Positions 1 through 13,531 of a DNA stretch of 64,000 nt are shown here, in pieces. The notes below the pieces were generated by a model. The model worked only from the letters and a program-made list of their open reading frames with translations. It was not told the origin of the DNA and did no database searches. Location of the stretch: NCBI GenBank assembly GCA_965603825.1, contig CBFDEM010000033.1, positions 124,001 through 188,000 on the forward strand, in the 5' to 3' direction. How positions within the stretch are numbered: the first letter of the stretch is position 1; every line of letters starts with the position of its first letter. The DNA is from Blepharisma stoltei ATCC 30299 (Eukaryota; Protista; Ciliophora). The position numbers and the translations under genes are program-made.

Positions 1-2352
1 AATACAAAAAATCACTGTAATGGTACAAATAGCAATTGAAATTAGTTTGCTTTTGAAAGAAACCCTAACATTTTTTTCCTTAAATGGGCATTTGAAATCA
101 TTAAAAGTCGAAGGAGCGGAATTTCCTGGCCATACAGTTGGATTAGTAAACTGAAAATAAGTTCCTGAATATGGAGAAAAATGGCCAACTTCTGTAGTTT
201 CTCATTTATTTGTAGAATTATTATAATAATTGTTGTAGAGACTATAAACAGTTAATCGTCTATCATTTGAGCCGCTTTCAATAGTAACGACTCCTGAGCA
301 GCCTATAAAGCGGACACTTTTAATAGCTGAGTTCATTAATTGATGGTCTTCATAGTTTTTTCCTGAATTTAATAGCATTTGAGCTGCTTCTGCAATAGCC
401 CAAACTGCATCATAATGAACACATCTTATTCTGTTTCCATTGCTAGGGTATAATAGATCAAATTCAGCCTTTAGCTTATTACCCAGAGTTCCAGTCCATT
501 CTGGAATAAATAAAAAAAGGTTCCATAAAAAAGTTCTTGAATTTTGTCAGTGTTGTATCCATAGGCTTTGAAAAAAATATCACTACCAGTTAAGGCGTTT
601 AATAAAAATAAGGCATCTCCTCTTCTCATTCCCATATCATAAAAGCTATCAAAAGTATATATATATGATGGATCAGCCATAAAAAGGAAAAATATATTGC
701 AATTTTGATCAATTGCATCTTGAAAATTTTTTCTATAAGTTTCTAATTGAGAAGTATTATAAGTAAAAGGAATTTTCCTATATTCCTCTTTATTAAGAAT
801 TTTGATACCTTGAGCCTCTGCAGACTCAAGAAAAAGTTGATAGACTCCTACATCGTATGCGTCATCTGCATAAAAGACAACGCAGCTTGTCCAGCCCATA
901 ACTTTCATATACATAACCCATGTTTTCCCCATATATTCTGAGTTTGTCGAAACTCTTGTATATGTCGGAAAAATCGTAGAATTTGTTAAAGGAGTTGCTG
1001 AATTAACTCCGCTGGCCATAGGTATAGACATATTCATATTCTTAAATAAGTTCAAGGTATTAATAGAAATTGATAAAAGATAGGAAGCCAAATATGCCAC
1101 GCCCATCTCATTTTTATTTTCTAAATAGCAAGATTTTGCGTAATTATAGATCCAGACGCTCGCTCCACAATTTATTTGGTCATTTAATTTGAAAATAAAA
1201 TTTTGTAGGACTTCTTTTGATTCATTGATTTTTTTAATAGCAAAATAAGAACCTTCATGGTTTAAGCCATTAACTGGATTTGGTGAATAGCCTGGAGGAT
1301 TGGAGCTGCCGACATTCCCTGATATTCAAATGCTTATTTTAGATGCTGGAATATTTGTAGATCCTCCTGGGTATGTAATATTTTCGGTGATTTCAAGAGC
1401 TTCATTTGATATTTTTCCTACTGAATAGAAGCTGCTGTTTTGTTGGTTAATTATAGTAAAATCCCACTCAAATGATTTTTTTAATTCTTGAAAACTATTC
1501 CAAAGCTGAAATTTGGTAGATATCTGGTTCCCATAACCATTTTCCAGTTTTTTTAAAACAAAAGCTAAGCTATTGGAATATGATTCTTCTTCTGTAACTG
1601 AATAAATGTCATTGCTCGGCAAAATTAATAAAGATCCATCAATTACTGAGTTATTTAAACATGAATGCCCTAATATTATCAGATATCCGGAAATAATCAT
1701 ATTATAGAAAATTAAGCTGCTTTGAATTTTTTTACAATTTTCTGAGTCAGCTAAAATTAATATGTAAGCGATACCTGATGGTTTTAGATCTTTTGATATA
1801 ATATTATTGATTGATTCTTGGTCTAAGTCACATGAAATTGCAATTGAAAATAAATTTAACTGTAAACGAGTATCAAAAAATCGAACTAGGAATTCTTTTC
1901 TTCAGTAAAAACTCATACAATGGCTAATTTTTGTATATCGAGATAATGTATTAATTTTTCATAAGCATTTTTTATTGTTTGCAATGATGGCTGAGTCGTA
2001 AATGCTAAAGTATTGCTATCTGGCACAATTGAAATATTTTTAGTATAAATGACAGGAATTTGCAAGTCTGAAGCATAATTTTGTATTTCATAGCTCAACT
2101 GAAGGTCATATGTTTCATCAATAATTAAAATATTTTCATCATCTAAAGCATCGAAAAATTGCTGAAAACTATTATTCAAGTTAATTTTGGTAATTTCTGT
2201 TTGGTTGTCGTTCTTGTAAGTATCTGTAAATTGCTGGACAGAGGGTTTTATAATAGATGGAGTATAAGGGCTTAGGTAAAAATACACATGGAAGTGTGCA
2301 GATGATGCCAATATAAGAAAAAGTCAACTCACAAAAGAATCCTTTCTTTCAT
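1..2352 (-). pseudogene. Double Venus-flytrap membrane receptor, copy 1 (3' part runs off window); three 1-nt frameshifts (young pseudogene or consensus error)
   Basis: Colinear paralog of 3069..6701. ATG 2352 (MKERIL..). Frame slips at homopolymers ~2333-2336, ~1896-1899 and ~512-518; adding one base at each restores paralog-like sequence (e.g. ..LFIPEWTGTLGNKL). Confidence 0.75.
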
Positions 2353-3068
2353 TTATTTTATCAAGCTCAAAAACGATTCTAACATATAAAGTTAAATTTC
2401 TCTACAATTATTTAATCGTTGAAGATGAAGCTTAATGTCTTTTAATAATGCAAAGTAAAGTACATTTTTTAAATCTCATAGCATCCTTATCATAAAAGAT
2501 TGGCCAGTAGAAATTATTTTCACATATGACTGAGCTAAACGTGTTTTATTTGTTTTATATTAACTGTTAGTTTCACGAGATAATTAAAATTAGAAAAATA
2601 TGGAAGTTTCACTAAATTTACAATTTTTATTTAGCTAAATTCCTCTTTAGAAAATTATTAATATCGAGATAAGTCTAGCTAATAAAATTTTAGTGCCTTC
2701 TTCCAATAAACTTATTATTTTTTAGCACTTATATTACTCAATTTTTGCATTAAAATAACTAAGTTTCAATAAGTAAATATTAAGATGATTAAAAAGCTAA
2801 TAACTGGATAATTAAAGGAAATATCAAATTGCTCTATTTATTTCTAGAATTCCAGTCATGCTTTTGATCAATAAAACAAATATAGGCCATAATTCTATTT
2901 AATCATAAATAGCAAGCTTCAAATAGGTGTTTATTATAAAAAGATTAATATCTAATCTAAGAAAATAGCAATACCTCCACTAATAACCTTAATTATTAAA
3001 AATTGAGATATTAGCAACTCCTATTTGCCAAAAAATGGCATTACTATCAAAAAGTGGAATTTTCTATC

Positions 3069-6000
3069 TTATTTTCAAAATTCTTTGCTACAATTTAAAG
3101 CTTTATTTGTTTCACTAGGCATTGAAAATATGGGGAAAATACTCCACGCTTGTTTTTCTGGGCTTTCCTCACCTTTATTATCTGAAATATACGGCATTTT
3201 AGGTGAATCTACAATATTCATTGGGGCAATTGAGTGCATTCTGTTTGAGTTCTCTTCATTTAGATAAAGATTAACAAATCTCTGGTCTAAATTCATTGAC
3301 CTTGAGCTTTGGCTTCAAAAGTTACTCCCCATTAATGAAAAACGGAATAGCTTTAATATGCTTTTGCCTTCTTTTTTAATTAAAATTGACGGTGGCAGTC
3401 TTCTCATTGCTCAAACACTGCACATAATCACAGTAAAAATTCCTAAAAACTGGACGATAAGCCATATATAGGAATGGCCAGTATTTATGATGATATAAGC
3501 TAAACTTAAAATACTGTTCCATATAACGCATACAGTTAAACAAATTTGAAATAAATTAGCGCGGTCATAATTAAAGCATTTCCTAAAGGCTATAAAAATC
3601 AGATAAAAAATCATAATAAATAAAAAAATCGAGCAGTGGATAATTTTGTTTGTTTTATGTAGAGTTTCATATATTGCAATAAGAATAGTTTGAACCAAAC
3701 CTTTTATCATCATACAGGCAGGATCCTCTTTTATGTTCAAGTCAAACTGATTTTCTTGCCATAAAGGTCGAATTTTAAGAGAAAATGCAATATAAATAAA
3801 AGCAATAAGGACAGTTGGTATCATAATTGAAAAATAGTGGGAATCTCAACATGAAAAATGGCAGTCATAATTGAAAAATGCATCAGTTAAATCTTCTCCT
3901 GACCCATAATCACATTGAGTAATTTTCAATAGCATTGATAGTATCGGCTGAAAAAATATTCCAGCCATCAAGGCACCTATAATTTCTTCAATTTTAACGG
4001 CTGTCTCATATATCCAATATAACCCAATTTTTTCAATTTTTATTACTATTATTAATTGGAGCGCAAATCAGAATAAACCAAAAAATATTGTTCCATAAAA
4101 AAACCTTCAGAACGTTTCGTCTTTAAACCCCGAAAAAAATTCTAAATTATAAGACATTACTGAGCATATATCATAATAAAGGGCATTGAAGGCTTCAAAT
4201 GATGGCCCTATGCCTTGAAATTGTAAAGATTCAATAAAAATAATTGCCATCATTCAATTGTCAGGATCTGTAAAATATTTTTGCTCACTGATTTTTTCTA
4301 ATTCATAAGAAAACTTGACTTTAATAATAAAAAATACAAATAAAATACAAAAAATCACTGTACAGAGACAAATACTCATTGAAATTAGTTTACTTTTAAT
4401 AGAAATGTGAACCTTTTTATTTTTGTAAGGGCAGTCATAGTGTTTAAAAGTAGAAGGAGCAGAATTTCCTGGCCATACAATAGGATTAGTAAGCTGAAAA
4501 AAAGTTCCTGAGTATGGTGAGAAATGGCCAACTTCATTAGCTATTCATTTATTTGTAGAATTGTCATAATATGAGTTGTAAAGACTATAAATATTAAGTC
4601 TTCTATCATTTGAGCCATTTTCAATCATAACACTTCCAGAGCAGCCTCGAAAACGGACGTTTTTTATAGCTGAATTCATTGCATGATAGTCTTCATAGTT
4701 TTTTCCTGAATTTATTAGCATTTGAACTGCTTCTGCAATCGCTCAAACTGCGTCATAATGAACGCATCTTATTCTATTCCCATGAAGTGGGTATAATTGG
4801 TCAAATTCAATTTTAAGCTTATTTCCGAGCGTCCCAATCCATTCTGGAATAAATAAATACAAAATTCCATTTAAAAGTTGTGCTGTTTTAGCAGTGTTTA
4901 CTCCTGGAGTCGCATACAAAAGATCACTGCCAGTTAAGCCGTTTATTAAAAATAAGGCATCCCCTTTTCTAATCCCCATATCATATAAGCTATTGAAAAC
5001 ATATAAAAATGACGGATCAGCACAAAATAGAAAAAAAATATTGCAATTTTGATCTATTGCTTCTTGAAAGTTTTTTCTATAATTTTCTAACTGCGACGTA
5101 TTATACATAAAAGGGATTTTTCTAAATTCTTCTTTATTAAGAATTGTTATGCCTTGGGATTCTGAAGTCTGAAGAAAATTTTGATAGACACTTACATCAT
5201 ATGCGTCATCAGCATAAAGGAGGACACAGCTTGTCCATCCCATAACTTTCATATAGATGACTCATGTTTTCCCCATATAGTCTGAGCTTGTGGAGATCCT
5301 TGTAAAAGCTGGGAATATTGTAGAATTTGATAAACTGTGAGCCGAGTTAGCACCGCTAACCATAGGTATAGAAAAATTTGTTTCTTTAAATAAATTTAAG
5401 GTTGCAATAGAAATTGATGAAAGATAGGAAGCTAAATATGCAACGCCCATTTCACTTCTTTTTTCTAGGTAGCAATTATTAGCAAAATCATTGATTCAAA
5501 CGCTAGCTCCACAATTTATTTGGTCGTTTAGTTTTAAGTAAAAATTTTGCAAAATTTCTTTTGATGTATTGATCTTCTGAACTGCAAAATGAGTGCCTTC
5601 GTGATATAATTTATTAACAGCGCTCTCCAAATAGCCTGGAGGATTAAAAGTTCCAACGTTTCCTGATATTAAAATATTTATTCTTGAAGACACTGGGAGA
5701 TCTTCTGCTCCTCCTGGATACTGAATATTCCCAATAATTTCAATTTTTCCATTTGAAATTTTTCCTACATTATAAAAATTGCTGTTTTTTCTGTTAATTA
5801 TTGTAAAATCCCATACAAAGGATTTTTTGAATTCTTGAAAGCTATGCCAAAACTGTAATTTTGTAAATGTCTGATTTCCATATTTATTTTCCAAACTATC
5901 TAGCAGCAAAATTAAATTATTGACGTATGATTCTTCTTCAGTAGATGAATAGATGTCTATATTAGGCAAAATTGATATTGATCCATCAATTATTGCATTA

Positions 6001-6701
6001 TTTAAGCATGAGTGTCCTAATATAATTAAATAGCCAGATTTGACCATATTATAATCAATTAAACTTTTTTGGATGTTTTTACAATTTTCTGAGTCAGCTA
6101 AAACTATGATATTGGCTATCCCAGAAGGCTTTAGTTCTCTTGATATAATGTGATTAATCAAGTCTTGATTTAAGTTGTCTGAAATTACAATAGAGTTTAC
6201 CTCAAAATGAGGATCATTATCAAAAAATCTTACCAAAAATTCATTTTCTTCTGTGTATACTCATACTATTGCTAGTTTTTGAATGCCAAAGTGATGCATC
6301 AATTTATCATAAGCATCATTTATTAATGATAATGGTGAGTGGGCTATGTATGTAAAAGGACTATTATCTGCTATAGCTGAACTATTTTTAGTATAAAAAA
6401 TTGGGATTTGAGCATTTAAAGCATATTTTTGTATTTTATAGCTCAGTTTAAGATTATATGTTTCATCAATGATTATAATTATATCATCCCCAAAATTTGA
6501 TTGACGTGGCTGAAAGTTTTCATTTAAGAAAATTCTTGATATTTCTTTTTGAGTATTAGGCTCATAAGTATCAATAAATGCTCCAACAGAAGATTTAATT
6601 TTTGCTGGAGTATAAGAGCTAAAATACAAAAAGATAGGTAAACTTGCCGCAATTAGAGCTCTAATACAAATTGTTATCAAATAGCAACTCAGTCTTTTCA
6701 T
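3069..6701 (-). CDS. Double Venus-flytrap (ANF-receptor/periplasmic-binding type 1) receptor with ~9-TM C-terminal domain, copy 2, intact, 1210 aa
   Basis: Track ORFs 6261-6701, 5496-6236, 5262-5450, 4743-5252, 3411-3824 and 3075-3296 share one frame, joined by TGA=Trp; TAA at 3069. Signal peptide; VFT motifs FAVQKIN, IPMVSG..S..LS...FP.F.R, MGW, YDAVWAIA, F.G.SG.V..DR, IVWPG; hydrophobic helices with P..C..C..CW..H loop. Confidence 0.85.
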
Positions 6702-7012
6702 AATTTTTTTTATATGCGTTTAAATTTAAAATTTTTGATAAGTTAAAAGTAAAATTATAATTTATTGAATACTTTGTAAGATCATAATTCTAATGCAAAA
6801 ATTAAATTTAAAATTAAATGTAAAGCAAAAATACGCTTTTTTGGAGAGTCTTCAATATAAAATCAAATTAGAAATATGTTATTATAGTATGCCAAAAAAG
6901 CATTTAATTTTGAATTATAAAAAATCCTTTTTCTTGATATAGCGAAAATTAAAAACAAAATTAGTGGCAGAACTAAAATTTAATAAAATCATGTCCTATT
7001 AATAAGTTGTGA

Positions 7013-7084
7013 ATACTCATACTATTGTACCAAAGTGATGTATCAATTTATCATAAGCATCATTTATTAATGACAATGGCGAGT
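7013..7084 (+). repeat. Short decayed direct copy of receptor copy-2 sequence (~6257-6340) with internal deletion
   Basis: atactcatactattg..ccaaagtgatg.atcaatttatcataagcatcatttattaatga.aatgg.gagt matches 6257-6340. Confidence 0.8.
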
Positions 7085-7177
7085 ATGATTAATAGGAGCA
7101 TCCATTAATACTCTATAATTACCAAAAATGATAGGTTTAATCAATTTATTCGAAATTAATATAGTTTTATTCATATT

Positions 7178-10100
7178 TTACGATAGCTCAACTCCTCCTG
7201 AATTTTCTTCAAATAAATCTTGTATATCAGAAATATAGACAAGCTCAGGAGAACTCCTTAAGCTTATAGGCATAGCAGATTCTATGATTTTCGAACTATC
7301 TCCAAGCGCTTCTTTATAATTCGAATAATATAAATTTTCGTATTCTTTTTGCATACTTAGATGGCATGAGGAATTGCTTAAGCTGCCATTCATCAGAGAA
7401 AACCTAAATAAATTTGAAATTTTTTTGCCTTCTTTTTTAATTAATAGTGATGGAGGTAATTTTCGCATGATTATAAGGCTGCATACTATAATTATTAAAA
7501 GACCGAATAATTGAATGCTGAGATAAATGCTATAATGCCCAGAATTTAGTATTAAATAGACTAAACTTAAGCTTCCATTCCAAAATACACAAATTATGCA
7601 AAAAATTTGTAGCAAATTAGCTCTATCATAATTGAAATTTTTCCTATGTATAATAAATATCAAATAGCAGGCTATTAAAAATAAGTATACAGAGCAATGG
7701 AGGATTTGGCTGATTATTCTCAGTGTTTTGTAAATTCCAATCAGAGTTACTTGTAAAGCACTTTTAATCATAATGCATGCAGGATCTGATTTAATATTTA
7801 AATTAATTTGGCCTTCTTGTCATGATGGTCTAGCTTGTATAGCGAGCAAAATATATAAAACTAGAATCAAAAGAGTTGGAATCGTAATAGATAAATATTC
7901 GGAATTTCAGCATGAGGAGTAGCAATCGTAATTTAAAAAGGCGCTCTCTAACTCTAAACTTGTAGAATAATCGCATTGGATTATGGATATTAGCATAGTT
8001 ATCATAGGCTGAAAGAAAATATTGATTATTAATGGAGTAACTATTTTTTCAGATTTTTCTATAGCTTGAAACATCCACCCTATCCCAATTTTTTCAAAAT
8101 GATTGCTAAGCTCCAAATAAATGGAAAAATTCATAAAAAGTCATCCGATACAAAAAACTAGCGTACTATAAAAAAATTTTCAGAAAATATCTCCTTTTAT
8201 CAAACTTTCTATATTATATGAGCTCGAACTGACTACTTCATAAAGAAGTTGGTTAAATGCATAAAATGAAGGGCCAATTCCTTGAAATTGGAGAGATTCT
8301 ATTATAATAGTAGTTAGAACTCAATAATCAGGCTCAGTAAAATATTTCTCTCGGCTAATCATTTCCAATTTATAAGAAAAATATTTTTTTCAGTTGAAAA
8401 CTGCAAAAATAATAGAAAAAATTGAAATGAAAGCACAAATTCCTGCTTTAATTCCACGGCTTTTTGTAGAGTTCTGTATTTGGCTTGATCTAAATGGGCA
8501 ATCAAAGCTTTTCATATTTGGAGGAATTTCTTCACCAGTCGGCCATACAATTTTTCTTGTTAATTTAAAAAATGTCCCAGAGTCAGGGGCAAAATATCCT
8601 GCATCAACAGTTTTTCATGTATTTGTAGAGTTATCTAAAAACACATTATTTAAACTATATGTGTCAAGCCTTCTATCATTTGAATCATTTTCTATTATTA
8701 CGCGGCCAGAGCAGCCTTTAAATTTAAGATTTTTTATTGCTCAGTTAAGAGTTTGGTAGTTTTCATAGTTCTTTCCTAAGCTTAGCAACATTTTAATTGC
8801 TTCTGCTATTGCTAAAACAGCATCAAAATGTGTGCATCTCATTCTTGTACCATATTTAGGATATCGTTCAATATACTCTTGCTGGAGCTCTTTTCCAAAA
8901 CTCCCAACTCATTCTGATACAAAAAGAAATAAAACACCAGATAAAAGTTCTGATGTTTTTCTTATATCAATATCTGAGGCTGCATACAAAAAATCGCTTC
9001 CACTTAATGAGCTAAGTAAAAATACACCATCGCCTTTTCTCAGTCCCATTTCATATAAACTATTAAGCACATATAAATGCACAGGATCTGTAAAAAAAAT
9101 AAAAAAAATATTGCAATTTTGGTCAATTGCGTTTTGAAAATTTTTTCTATAATTTTCCAATTGAGAGACATTATAAGAATACGGGAATTTTCTATATTGT
9201 TCTTTATTGAGTATTGTTATACCTGCAAAGCGCGAAACTTGTAGAAAGATATCATAAACACTCAAATCATAGGCATCATCTGCATATAGTACGACACATT
9301 TGGTTCATCCCATTGCTCTCATATAAATTACCCATGTTTTTCCCATATAATCTGTATTTATGACCATTCTTGTATATGTAGGATATAGTTTGGTGCTTGA
9401 CAAAACTTTAGCAGAGTTAACCCCATTTACCACCGGTATAGAGATATTAAGCTCTTTAAATAAATTCAAGGTTGCAACAGCAACAGAAGACAAATAAGAG
9501 GTTAAATAAGCGACACCCAAATTATTTTTATTTTCTAAGTAGCAAGCTTTTGCAAATTCATAATTTCACACAGTAGCTCCACAATTTATTTGATTATTCA
9601 GCCTCAAAATAAAATTCGGGAGAATTGTTTTTGATTCATTTATTTTATACACTGCAAATTCGCTACCTTGATTATATAACTGGTTAACTATACTAGAACA
9701 ATGGCCAAAGGGATTAAAAGACCCAATATTTCCTGAAATCCAAATACTTATAGAAGATTCTGGCATAGTACTTATTTCTCCTGGAAATTGTATTTCATTT
9801 TTAATTTCAAGCCCAAAATTGCTTATTTCTCCTATTTTTACTGCTATTTTATTTCTTATATTCATAACAGTAAAGTTAAATAGTAAATTCTCTGTTAAAT
9901 CTCTATATTTTTGCAAAAAAAGAGATTTATTTTGTACCTTTATTCTGGAAAATTCATTTATAAAATAGCTCAAGCTATTAATATAAGATTCTTTTTCAGA
10001 AATTGAATTAATATCATAGCTTGGCAAAACCATTAAAGATCCATCAATTATTCCATTGTTTAAGCATGAGTGGCCAAGCAAAATAGCATATCCAGATTTA

Positions 10101-10653
10101 TTCATATTAAAAGCAATTAAACTTTTTTGGATTTTTATACAATTTTCTGGGTCAGCTAAAATAAAAATTCTAGCAATTCCTGAGGCTTTTAAGTCTTTAG
10201 AAATAATACTATCAACTATATCTTGGGTCATTCCGATTGGGATTAATATCTGAAATATATCGCAAGGTAAATCCTTTGTTAAGCTATTTACCAATTGCAG
10301 GTTGTCTATATTATATGTTCATAGAATTGCTAATTTTTGAGTTTCAATGTAATTTATGATATGAGAATATGCATTTTTTATAATTGTATTTCATAGCTCA
10401 GCTTAATGCTATATGTCTCATCAATAATTATGAATGGATTTTCATTGCAATTTGATAATGATGTTTGAAAAGTATTATTCAGGCCAATTACATATATACT
10501 ATTTTCAGAGTTTGATTCAACTTGGTTTATTTCTTCAAGTGATCGAGCGTATTCTGAAATTTTTTGAGGAGTGCTCAAGCTCAGATAAATTGAAATAGGC
10601 AGTCCATAAACAAAAATAAATCAATAGTAAAGCCATATGATCGATAATATCAT
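7178..10653 (-). pseudogene. Double Venus-flytrap membrane receptor, copy 3; single frameshifting ~103-bp deletion at ~10379, otherwise intact
   Basis: ATG 10653 with signal peptide; ..LSYEIQL-TAA at 10378, then IKNAYSHII..KLAILW resumes in another frame and runs without TAA/TAG to 7178. About 35 codons present in copies 1 and 2 are missing. Confidence 0.8.
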
Positions 10654-10997
10654 TGATGATAAAATCAGAATAATTTATTAAGTTCAAAGTATTTATAAAA
10701 TACTTTTAGTGTTTTTTATATAACAAAATTCAAATTTGGACAAATTTATAAAGAGTTAGTCATACATTTTTTTTTTTTTTATATCTTATATTGATTCCAT
10801 TTATTAGTCATGCTTTATCAGCTGACAGGTTTTCCGATATGATTGATAATAAACTCTATTTTAATCTTTGCCGTTAATTAATTTTTAATATTTCACTACT
10901 CTGCATTTATAGTCTATATGAAATTTAATATTTTCCTTATATAAATATTTCAGATTTCATCTCTAAGTTTATTAAATTATTAAAAAATTACTATTAT

Positions 10998-13007
10998 TTA
11001 ATTAAACTCGAAATCAAAAACAGGAATATCTGGGCATATCATACTGATAAGCTTAGCTTCTCTATTTTTAGCTCTTTCCTCCAAAATTATTTTCAATTTC
11101 TCAGCATCAACATTTTCAAATCCCTTTACACTTCTAATCCACTGACATAAATCAGCTCTAATTAATCTTTGAGCAGCCTGATGTACAACAAATACACTTA
11201 TATCATCGCTATTGCTATTCGGGTTTATCATAATTGCTCTATTACTGATTTCTTCTTTCGGAGACCCAGGCTCTAAAACTTCTTCACCTATTCGTGGTTC
11301 AGAAATTCTTTTCGGTATCCTAATTCTTACCAGCGCTATTTCTTTTCCTTCTTCTGGCAACTCATTCGGCCTTATTTCTACTTTTTGCCTTAGTGGGTTT
11401 GGATGTGCTGCATCTACATCTTTTAATACCAAAGGACTAAAAAATGCTGCTAAAAGTCCTTCATAAAGCCCTTCTCTAATTTGAAACTCTTGTGGGTGCT
11501 GCCAAAACAGTGTAAGCGTTGTCCTTGGAATAGAGTTGTTAATATTCTGAAGATAGGCTAAAATTTTATTTTTTATATCATCTCCAGCCAAATGGATATT
11601 TTGATGAGTTAAGCTAGGTTTTCCAAAAGTTTTGATAAATTCTGCTAACTGATCAGCCTTGATATTGCTATAAATCACTGATGGAGCTTTTAAGCAGTTT
11701 AATAAATAATCGTCGAATAACAGATTTATTTGTTCTTGGGTTAATGCGAATTCGGTGAGTTCTTCAACAGCGCTGAAAAATTGAAGAAGCTCTCCAAAAA
11801 GCCCACCTGGGGTGCCGATAATGTTAGTTGTCTGCCTTCCGTCAATGTCAGAGTAAATTTGAAGTGAGGCATTATCGACTACTATTCCTGTATTTACAAT
11901 TTTTTCTTCGATTTTAGTTCGTAAAGCTGCAATTTCTCTTTCTTTTTGTCGAATAATCCTTTGTTCAGCTCTTCTTTGTTTTCTTGCTTCGTTTTCTTGT
12001 TGAGTTCTTATTTCGTTCTCTTTGGCTTCTTTTCTTTTTGTGTATTCTTGATCAACTGTGCTTTTATGTTGTTTTACAAGCATATTATTTGATTCTTCTT
12101 GGATTTTATCTAACAATTCAACTATAACGTTTTCTTCAAGTAAAGATTGCAAGCTTTCAACGCTCAGCCAAGGAATTAGCTGATCATGAAATGCAACTAG
12201 TATGGGATCGCTGAAAACTTCTGAATCTAACAAATACGTAGTTGCGTTATTTCCGAATCTATTCAAGTATTTTTTGGCTAGAATTCTAGCCATGTATTTT
12301 TTATGGGCAAATTGTAGCTGCTCTTTTCTTGTCCTAGCTTGAACTTTTCTTCTTTCAGCTTCATCTCTTTTTCTAAGTTCTTCAGCTTCCAATTTTTGCA
12401 CCTCAATCAGCTTCACATTTCTCTTCTGCTCAAATTCCCTTTGGTGCTTTCTCATGGCTTCCACCTCCTCTTCCTCAAGCACTTCCATCCTTCCCTGCTC
12501 TAATGATTTCCCTATCAAAACTTCAAGTATTGGCGCAACTTCTAAATTAAAATCAAAGAGCTCACCATCTTCAACCTGTGTAACTACATCTTCCCCTATT
12601 TTTTTAGGCGTATATAAAGGGGTTGGCGGCCTGTCTATAAGATAATCAGTTTGTGTCTCAATTTTAAAATTTTTCGGTTTATCTGAAAGCTCTTCAGGTA
12701 GATTTTCAGTCTGAACGTCAATATTCTGGCGGCCTTCAACGGGATCTGGGGTGTTTATATCACTATCTATTTCTTCAGAGCTTTGTTTTTCTTCAGCTTT
12801 TTTGAATGATTTTTGGGTTTTTTCGGCTTCTTGAGGGGCATTTGAAGGGACAATCATAGCTGCATAGGTGTTTCCTCTGACAATACGTTTGTCTCACATG
12901 ATTTTTACTGGTTCAGAGGACTGTTCGGACTCACGGTATTTAATATTACGACCTTTTACAGCACGAGGCTCTGATGAAAATTGATAATCTCCTGCTAATG
13001 TTGCCAT
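10998..13007 (-). CDS. RSP3: Radial spoke protein 3 with long C-terminal extension, 669 aa
   Basis: ATG 13007; IM(W=TGA)DKRIVRGNTYA, PDPVEGRQNIDVQTE, QTDYLIDRPPTPLY.P.K.GEDV.TQVEDGELFDF..EV.PILEVL.GK.LEQ..MEV.EEEE. Confidence 0.93.
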
Positions 13008-13531
13008 GGTTAATATAACTGCCTATGAATAAAATTTGAGTTTTAATGAAAAGATTAATTGCGAATGTAGTAAAAATTGAAAAGATAGTAGAGTTTTTAC
13101 TCATTTTATTTATAAATTGCTATCAGGTAGTCTTTTTCAACAACATCTTATAGAATTTTTGTAAATTATATCATCAATTGAAATTATAAATAAAAGTTTT
13201 AATTTTGATATGAGATTAGTGATTAGTGTCAATAGTTCACTGATTCTTAATTTTTCACTCAATTTATTTGAGTTTGATCATTATATTATATATTATTCAA
13301 TTAATATAAAATTATTTCATCATAAAAAATCCGGGTTTTTCAAACAATCACAATCTATTTATTTATTTCAAAGATATACTAATTGTATTTATCCCTTTAT
13401 CAAAAATATTTACTTTAAATTACTGCTACAAAATTTATCATTATTTGCATTCTCACAATGAAAATTCTTAAATTTTTACTCCCTAGATAAAAAAAAGGAA
13501 ATAATTTATTACAATTTACCTCAACGAATAA

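Noticed and set aside
63-70. CCCTAACA, the Blepharisma telomeric unit
   Set aside because: Single copy inside coding sequence; expected by chance.
10370-10390. Euplotes-style programmed +1 frameshift in receptor copy 3
   Set aside because: The codon before TAA is TTA, not AAA, and about 35 codons present in the paralogs are physically missing.
13210-13461. Track ORFs in AT-rich spacers (also 26168-26374, 47576-47803, 45382-45579)
   Set aside because: F/I/L/N/K-rich composition typical of non-coding AT-rich DNA; no motifs.
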